In this document: positions 38,801 through 45,139 of the stretch, piece by piece | Layout of the letters: every line of letters begins with the position of its first letter | How positions within the stretch are numbered: position 1 is the stretch's first letter | Assembly: GCA_964457935.1 (NCBI GenBank) | Contig: CAYWFC010000003.1 | Location: 1-45,139 of the forward strand | Source of the DNA: an uncultured Lachnospiraceae bacterium | GTDB taxonomy: Bacteria > Bacillota > Clostridia > Christensenellales > UBA1242 | DNA length: 45,139 bases | Direction of reading: 5' to 3' | Notes under the pieces: model-generated | The model's input: the letters and a program-made list of their open reading frames with translations, nothing else | The model's database searches: none | Told to the model about the DNA's origin: nothing | Position numbers and translations under genes: made by a program

Positions 38801-41800
38801 ATTTGGACAAGCAGACTAAGACTTTGTCCTGGTCGGTATATCCTACCAATGCGTACAACAAGAACCTGCGTTACGTGGCATTTGATAAAAACGGCTCTAT
38901 CAGCCAAGCCACAGATATAGTAAAGATAAATGGCAACACTATCACTGCACAAGGCACTGGTGTGGCGTATGTATTGGTAGTGCCGGAAGATTGCTTCGAG
39001 ACGGCTATGCCAGAGAACTACATAGACGTCAATAATCTGTCATTCTTGCGCGACGGGGCATCGTACAAAATCATCAAAGTGAATGTCACTGACGGCTCGT
39101 ATGACAACCCTTATACTCTGTCGTCAGTCCAAGACATATTGGATATGAATACTGTCGAGGGCTTGACCAAGCACTACGTGCTGACCAATGACATCAATAT
39201 GGGCGGTCAGACTGTAGTATTGGGCGCTGTGGGTGGTAAATTGATACCATTCACTGGTAGCATACGCTCACAAGGGGGCGAAGATGAACAACCCATCTAC
39301 ACTATCAGTGGCATCAAATTAATCTCAGAACGAGCCAAAGACGGTATATATTTTAATTATTATAATTTCATATACAAATTAGAAAGAACTGGAGAAAGCA
39401 CTGATGATGACCACTCTGGCGAGATCAGCAATGTGAAGTTTAATTATTCGCTAGACTTAAAGACTACTAATGAAAACCCTGAGAATTATTACATCGGGCT
39501 GATAGGTATCAATGCAGGCACATTAAACAATGTATTGGTCGATGTAGACAATGTGACAGTCACTGTGGAAAGCAGTGCCTATATATACCTAGGGTTATTG
39601 ACTGCGATGAATGCAGGCGCTATCACCATAGATAACGCCAATGTAATAGGCGCTACTGGCAAGATCACTGTGACGGCAGATGTAGATGAGAATAGAAACC
39701 AATATTACATTGGTGGACTGGTAGGATACAATACTGGCACTATCACTGGTGCGGTACAGTATGATGAAAATCCTACTACTGGCAGTGGCTTTGATAATCT
39801 CCAAGATGCCAAACTACTCAATGCAGGCGCTATCACTGATGTGAATATAGTATTTAGTGATACGAATAATTGTCAAAATACCTATGTCGGCGGAGTAGTG
39901 GGAGATAATGATAATGGTAAGATATCTAGCGTATACGCCACTGGCTCTGTGCAGGGTACAAACAATGTGGGCGGTATCGTAGGACGCAATAATGGCGGTA
40001 ACTCCAAAAAAATATTCCCTATTATTGATAATATTAGTGTCGGAAGTGTAGGCGACTACCAAATCACTAAAAGTTATACCACCACCACTGTGAAAGGCAC
40101 GATATACGTAGGCGGTGTAGTAGGCCATGACACAAACGGCAAATATTATCTAGTCAATAGCGAAATGTATTCGTCCAAGACTACTACATACAGTGCATAC
40201 ATCGTAGGCGAGCAGTACTTAGGTGGCTTCGCTGGATATATGACAGGCTCTGCTGTAGCATATAGCTACGTAGCGACATACAGGGCGTCCAGCGTGAAGA
40301 CATACGAATATCTCGCTGACGTGATGATAGATAACGATACTGGAGTAAGCGAAGACTTCTACTACGTAGGTGGCTTCGCTGGATATATGGCGAACACCGA
40401 GACATTGGCATCTAGCGTCAATGCCAAAGTGTATGTGAAGGTAAGTAATTACGACACGAAATCTATATACGCCGGTATGTATGCAGGATACAGCACAGGC
40501 AAACTGCGCTATGGCTATACTCGTGGCGTGATGTATGTGGATGGTGATAATATTAAGTCACAATACAATCTAGCACAGATATTTAATATTGGTAATAATG
40601 GTAAATATAGCGAAACGTACTCTATAGCGACATGCAATGTAAACAATACGTTTACACCTACAGTGATAGATGAGAATAATTATGGCAACCATTTTGCTAA
40701 AAACGCTAACACCAACAGTGGCTATCCTTATCTAATCAGTCCACTGGGTGAGAACAAGCCATTGACTATCGAGGCACCTATCGAAGTAAGTATATCGCTA
40801 AAAGACATTACGCAATCTAAAAAAGACACAGTGCAAGATATCAGCACTAGGTACATCAAGATAGACGACAGTACTATCGCGCTAATGATGTACAAATTAG
40901 AATCAGTGCTATCTACAGATGTGGACACCAGCACACTGCTGAGAAAAGCCAATCGTGGCATCAATACATTCTCATTGGCTAATTTGTACGAAGTAATGGT
41001 AAAACCTGCCGGCACTAGACTATCTAGGCTGGGCGTCAAGGTGGACGACAGCTCCAAGGTAGAGGTCACATCTGACGGCAAGATAGTGCTGAAAGACACT
41101 GGCAAAGTGACATTGACTATATTCTCGCTATTGGACGAAAATCAAAAGAGCACAGTCACTATCCACATCATAGACGCTATCAATATCACTCAAAACACCG
41201 ATACCACTGCCGGAGCGGACGGCTTCAATCTATATTACAACGCCAACACAGACAATAGCGCCTATACTGTAGACAAAAAGTACATCCGCCTAGAGGTGGG
41301 CACCGGTACACTATTGAGAGAGAAATTCTCTAATGTAGTCGAATATGACGGCATTCGGTATACTTACAGAGCGAATACTGAGAATACGGCGGTAGAGTAT
41401 ACTACTAGTGGCGATGACGGATATATCGAGATAAATGGCAAGAAATTCGATAAAAGTGGTAGCATTTTCATCGAGAAAGGCGATAAATACGACATATCTG
41501 CTGTAAAGAAAATGAATGAAGACGATTCACTCACTATCACAGCAGAGCCTTATCTAGTGATAGCAGGTGAACGGTACAAACTATCGGAAGTATTTAGTGG
41601 CATACTGGGTGCATCTAATCTCGACAAGACATTCTATGTCGTCACCAGAAAAGGGGTACAATCTATCCACTCCACAGTGAGCGAGATGTCTATCTCATCT
41701 AACAACGGTCAGAGTATGTCGCTGTATGTGGACACTGACGAGAAAGACAGTGCAGAACTAAAAGTAACAGTGACTAAGTCTGGCAAAGAATTAAAAATAG

Positions 41801-44800
41801 AAGAAGATACAGTAAATGGAATATTTACAGTAGATAAGACATTTACTTATACAATATCAGACAATAAAAACACTGACGACATGCTGAGATATGACATAGA
41901 TTTCGCAGTATTGCCTACTGTATATGTCACAGATACCAGTGTGTATGACCTGACATTCAGTGTGGGCGAGAAGTCATGCTCTATGAGACTATCTGTCATC
42001 CCTGAGGATATCATCAATATCAGTGCAGTGAATTATATGACAGAGAGAAAAGATTCAGTCGCTGATGACCCTGCCAATGTATTCGTATGCAGTGAGACAC
42101 AGTCGAATGAAGTATTGCCGGGCAACGAGTACGGCAGTGTGCTGAAGATCACTATCACTCCTAGTCAGGCGCATTATGACTATCTGGTGCTGACTAATAC
42201 TAACTACGACATCAATGTGATGTTTAGGCAAGTGTATTATGATGAAGAGAAATCTTCTACCTATAACTACCGCTACATCAGTGTGGCTGAGACTATTGAG
42301 AGCGGTATCAACCGCATAGTATTGAACAAAAAGTCATACAAAGGCGGACAAGTATCAGCGGACAACTTCGTGCAGACGTATTATGTACGCGTCATCATAT
42401 CTAGTGGCGACGACAACGCTGACCTAGACCTAAATATAGTGCCATACATAGGGAAAACGGCGATTAGTGAAGGCACTACTATCAGGCTACGCACTATCAT
42501 GCTACCGCAGATAAGTCTGGCGTACATTGACCCATTGTCGAATGAGAAGACTGGCAATGAGAACAACCCTGTGCCAGTGGCATTGCACGCAAAAGCGCGT
42601 ATCAAGGTGGATGTGGCGCACACTGACGGCACTGAGCCTGTGTGGGAAATTGAAGGCGAAAATAGAGATAACTATGATATAGAAATAGACGAATACGGCA
42701 GATATTATCTTATCACAGAGGGTGGCAATGTCGGCGACACAGTGACAGTCACTATGACAGTGAAGAACACCATACGTGGCATGGTGAAGACGTCGCAAGA
42801 CAGCATTACATTCAAGATACAGAACGCTGTCATACATGGTATCAGTGTGGAGAGAGTGTATAATGGCAAGTTTAGTGGCAATTTCGGCGAGAAATATCAG
42901 CTGAGAGCGTACTTCGCGCCTAATGACATCAGCTACTATGATAGTGGCAGTATCAATGTCAAAACGTATTATGATGATGCTAATGAAGAATTCATAAAGA
43001 ATATCTTATCTACAATCAATATAAATATTAACTACTGGGCGTACTATGCTGATGATGAGTGGTCTACTGATTTGCCTGACAACAACGATATACGCATCAC
43101 TCATGACACGCTGATATATCTACAAGGGCTGACCAACAAAGTCAATGGCAACAAGATAAGAGTGCAGTTTAATTATGAGTTTGAAGGTAATAATCCAAAA
43201 CTCACAGATGACGCTGTATATACGTGTGAATGTGTATTCAAGATAGAGTTTAGCACTCCTACGTCGCTGTATTCTGCCTTGCCTGTGTATGATGCGGAGT
43301 ATTTCATCAATGAGATGAGCCCTGAGTATCATTACATATTGATGAATGACATAGTGCTGACGGATTACACTCCGCTAGACATCGAATTGGCTAGTTTCGA
43401 CGGCAATGGACACACTATTACTATAGAGAGTTTCGACCTAGAGACGCCATTCGTCGAAGAAAACAACATCACTGCTAATCTCGGCTTGTTTGCGAGAGTT
43501 TACAGCGGTATGGTGGTGCAAAATGTCACTGTAGTGGTGCCAAACAGCATAAACATAGTGACCGAACTGGGCGAAAAGACTAATGTAATATCTAATCTCA
43601 CATATGGCGGTATCACTGCGGAAAACAATGGTATCATCACCAACTGTGAAGTGAAATCAAACGCTGATAATAATGATACGTTGATATTCAATATCAATAC
43701 ATCCACGACGCTAGACGTGAGTCTGACTGCCACTATAGGCGGTCTGGTCGGGGTGAACAACTCCACTGGCTACATCACTCACAGCAGAGTGAGTCATGCT
43801 ATCGTAGGCTACGGCGATTTGGCGGGCGTGGTGTGCGAGAATGGAGGTAGTATCGCGTCGTGCACATTTGAGGGCAAGAAGGTCCTAAACGCGACTGCAG
43901 AGTATTATTCGTCATACAAGACTGCCGGTATGGCTGTGCGAAATGACGGCAAAATCACTATGTCTTATGTCACAGGTGGAGCATCCAAATCTGCTGTGAA
44001 CAGCAACAATGACCACCTAAGGGCATTGGACGGCCTGATAAAGAGCGCCGGCAACTGTGCAGGCTTCGTGTATACGAACAACAACTTCATCGAAGACTGC
44101 TACGCTGACATACCTATTGAGAGCAGTGCATACATCTCGGGATTCGTATTCGAGAATAATTACATAATGTCTAGATGTATATCGCTATGTAAATTCGAGA
44201 AGAGTGAGTTTTATGCACCGTTAGTGGGCGTGAATAGCGACGGCGAGCCATTGCTGGGTGACGGCAGTGACATCAGTGATTGCTATTACCTGAATGGCAA
44301 TATAGGCGCGACCAAGCGCTCTCCTGGTAAGGGCATAACACCAGATGAATTTACAGGGAATGGCAATAAGATATACGCACATTTCTCGTTTGGCGAAGAC
44401 GGCAAGGGCGTGTGGCAGATGACCACATACAATAATGCTCAAAAGCCTACTATCGTCAGTGCGAGCGAGCGTATCAATCCTACTAAAGTACTGTCCTATG
44501 TGGAGAATGGGCATTATTACTATAGTGGTGCGCAGAACAACAATCTCGGCTCCAAAAATAATCCTTACATCATATATGACACTGAGAGTTTCAATACTTA
44601 TCTCGGTGGGCAAAATGTGGACATCGTCAATGGCTATTTCAGGATAGTCAGCGACATAGACTTTATGGTGTTACGCGACAATCCTGCTACTAGCACCAAG
44701 ACATTCGTGGGTAGTCTCGAAGGCAACAATATGGTATTGTCTAATATCACTATTTATACCAAAGAGAAGCGGAACAACATCGGACTATTCGGGCAGATAG

Positions 44801-45139
44801 GTAGCGAGATGGGCGATATGTCCACTGTGGTGAAAAATCTCAACATCGCACCGTCATCATTGCTGGCGACTGACGCCAATAATGTGGGCGTGCTAGCAGG
44901 TACGCTGTACAATGCGACTGTCAACAACGTCGCTATAGACAATGCCAATGCGACAGTGGTGGGCAGGAATGCAGTCGGTGGCGTATTCGGACAGATGAAA
45001 GGGCGCTTCGCTGTCAACGACATATCCACCAATGTCAGTGCCAATGCTTCGTATAGGTACGTGACAGCGAATAAATATGAACTAGATATCAGAAATAACG
45101 ACGCCAACCTATCTAATATATCTTATGCAGGCGGTATAG
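35812..45139 (+). CDS. Giant surface lipoprotein with Ig-like (Big_2-type) and GLUG/beta-helix repeat domains; 3' end beyond window
   Basis: AAGGTG RBS and MKKICSILMLSLVLVCGMFFVGC lipobox. The frame appears open to the last base (...SYAGGI, >3,100 codons); its absence from the ORF track is consistent with no in-frame stop. VSPADA and VYPTNAYNK Ig-like motifs; DGSYDNPY...YVLTNDI and NVGGIVGRN repeats. Confidence 0.9.
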   Translation, partial: MKKICSILMLSLVLVCGMFFVGCKDDYDKAKLTYDDIETGISLEIDSDDPTLATTTIDVKMNDFDKKIEKQFIIYSVPSELISKDYSVEIDGDTAHITITAITAGSGSLVVALKENMSVKLEIPLDVICHIKNVELVYNSMYITMYENSVGNYVFNFANLALTPTNTTDTLRWQLVDDPSHPIREVTEGWYWWSMDDLYSLSGGGVWVTGGTLPHDGEKELAIYCPETNHILFYGTSVVDGWVTKFYPEVMNPKDGSNVNEGMEDKVFSLTFCKIYAQNELALSSTTHGGEEGIISAPVVLLTNYGEKSEGAYYNTTDITVQTKSDVRDNNGIKVGVQYAPISENYSVYAYSTDPKSVHIEKLSHNSFRIKAIQKTDYDVTNYIVFQVYRARFENSGLIPTTINMPYTVTAFSNKFTMTAEKQDVAISQTTVGGVTKYTATYDLYDVYNNADGAVVKFDMTPIDALPNFRYYTITLQKECLQNDGNIYTDDTFSTVQDYTNTNQYQLIFMYKGMYLKFYDAGEYFVSEPISANDTINVRYTTIQGDTAVKPTITLNNYVMSKYGYDFSYFGELGASLDVVFNLQKGVEDIEVLPVPDNTEKMFVSEVGYDGGDQYFYLALTDAYGNTLTSEVSLNISTNSPYCAVGQKGNDGKIVYAQQFAWTTDLDDGKIYFQTTRVGDYTIYVRHANGKSVAIPVKSYDKPTDVTMSVLNATNNSYLLLTGEKSVTKKIDAGTTECDFEAKIATNSEMRLALDVLPSDAQISNIRYDLSRPLTSDGGERDTASMYVSASHDSLDALTIKAGNFGTIIDGARYFVWVDVIVEYTYYESDEVEHFVEKTGELTFTIKLFIFVPVQNVTLNYSYINAKSENSVGYYDSDLAKIKLDVSVSPADAKNYLDEYSDESTDTEILSEDRKFKYILSNIYVYCDAGQFVCAINDDNITGTTNITVSVKQNNRTFYQTCTVNIQKATRVDSLRLNTYLPVDADGYSYISFKSTDLDKQTKTLSWSVYPTNAYNKNLRYVAFDKNGSISQATDIVKINGNTITAQGTGVAYVLVVPEDCFETAMPENYIDVNNLSFLRDGASYKIIKVNVTDGSYDNPYTLSSVQDILDMNTVEGLTKHYVLTNDINMGGQTVVLGAVGGKLIPFTGSIRSQGGEDEQPIYTISGIKLISERAKDGIYFNYYNFIYKLERTGESTDDDHSGEISNVKFNYSLDLKTTNENPENYYIGLIGINAGTLNNVLVDVDNVTVTVESSAYIYLGLLTAMNAGAITIDNANVIGATGKITVTADVDENRNQYYIGGLVGYNTGTITGAVQYDENPTTGSGFDNLQDAKLLNAGAITDVNIVFSDTNNCQNTYVGGVVGDNDNGKISSVYATGSVQGTNNVGGIVGRNNGGNSKKIFPIIDNISVGSVGDYQITKSYTTTTVKGTIYVGGVVGHDTNGKYYLVNSEMYSSKTTTYSAYIVGEQYLGGFAGYMTGSAVAYSYVATYRASSVKTYEYLADVMIDNDTGVSEDFYYVGGFAGYMANTETLASSVNAKVYVKVSNYDTKSIYAGMYAGYSTGKLRYGYTRGVMYVDGDNIKSQYNLAQIFNIGNNGKYSETYSIATCNVNNTFTPTVIDENNYGNHFAKNANTNSGYPYLISPLGENKPLTIEAPIEVSISLKDITQSKKDTVQDISTRYIKIDDSTIALMMYKLESVLSTDVDTSTLLRKANRGINTFSLANLYEVMVKPAGTRLSRLGVKVDDSSKVEVTSDGKIVLKDTGKVTLTIFSLLDENQKSTVTIHIIDAINITQNTDTTAGADGFNLYYNANTDNSAYTVDKKYIRLEVGTGTLLREKFSNVVEYDGIRYTYRANTENTAVEYTTSGDDGYIEINGKKFDKSGSIFIEKGDKYDISAVKKMNEDDSLTITAEPYLVIAGERYKLSEVFSGILGASNLDKTFYVVTRKGVQSIHSTVSEMSISSNNGQSMSLYVDTDEKDSAELKVTVTKSGKELKIEEDTVNGIFTVDKTFTYTISDNKNTDDMLRYDIDFAVLPTVYVTDTSVYDLTFSVGEKSCSMRLSVIPEDIINISAVNYMTERKDSVADDPANVFVCSETQSNEVLPGNEYGSVLKITITPSQAHYDYLVLTNTNYDINVMFRQVYYDEEKSSTYNYRYISVAETIESGINRIVLNKKSYKGGQVSADNFVQTYYVRVIISSGDDNADLDLNIVPYIGKTAISEGTTIRLRTIMLPQISLAYIDPLSNEKTGNENNPVPVALHAKARIKVDVAHTDGTEPVWEIEGENRDNYDIEIDEYGRYYLITEGGNVGDTVTVTMTVKNTIRGMVKTSQDSITFKIQNAVIHGISVERVYNGKFSGNFGEKYQLRAYFAPNDISYYDSGSINVKTYYDDANEEFIKNILSTINININYWAYYADDEWSTDLPDNNDIRITHDTLIYLQGLTNKVNGNKIRVQFNYEFEGNNPKLTDDAVYTCECVFKIEFSTPTSLYSALPVYDAEYFINEMSPEYHYILMNDIVLTDYTPLDIELASFDGNGHTITIESFDLETPFVEENNITANLGLFARVYSGMVVQNVTVVVPNSINIVTELGEKTNVISNLTYGGITAENNGIITNCEVKSNADNNDTLIFNINTSTTLDVSLTATIGGLVGVNNSTGYITHSRVSHAIVGYGDLAGVVCENGGSIASCTFEGKKVLNATAEYYSSYKTAGMAVRNDGKITMSYVTGGASKSAVNSNNDHLRALDGLIKSAGNCAGFVYTNNNFIEDCYADIPIESSAYISGFVFENNYIMSRCISLCKFEKSEFYAPLVGVNSDGEPLLGDGSDISDCYYLNGNIGATKRSPGKGITPDEFTGNGNKIYAHFSFGEDGKGVWQMTTYNNAQKPTIVSASERINPTKVLSYVENGHYYYSGAQNNNLGSKNNPYIIYDTESFNTYLGGQNVDIVNGYFRIVSDIDFMVLRDNPATSTKTFVGSLEGNNMVLSNITIYTKEKRNNIGLFGQIGSEMGDMSTVVKNLNIAPSSLLATDANNVGVLAGTLYNATVNNVAIDNANATVVGRNAVGGVFGQMKGRFAVNDISTNVSANASYRYVTANKYELDIRNNDANLSNISYAGGI

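Overview
Chromosomal segment from a spore-forming Clostridia-like Firmicute, judged from spoIIE, yabP/yabQ, the rpsO-pnp-ylxY-like-ftsK-pgsA-recA synteny and sigma-A-type promoters. Most of it is housekeeping or sporulation genes. Six elements stand out. (1) A non-coding tandem array of 166-190 bp multi-hairpin units at 1-~830 is cut by the window edge. It shows compensatory base changes and has its own TTGACA-17-TATAGT promoter on the minus strand, just downstream of tRNA-Trp. (2) A stand-alone condensation/adenylation/carrier (C-A-T) operon of the clostridial fatty-acid-amide type. (3) A KAD-repeat coiled-coil fibre gene paired with a BspA-LRR gene. (4) A three-TM membrane protein with a long coiled coil, an acidic linker and eight AT-hook-like motifs. 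(5) Degenerate 'echoes' of gene 3' ends behind several stop codons. (6) A >3,100-codon surface lipoprotein (35812 to beyond the window end) that the ORF track omits. All calls come from reading motifs by eye. No database search or folding program was run.
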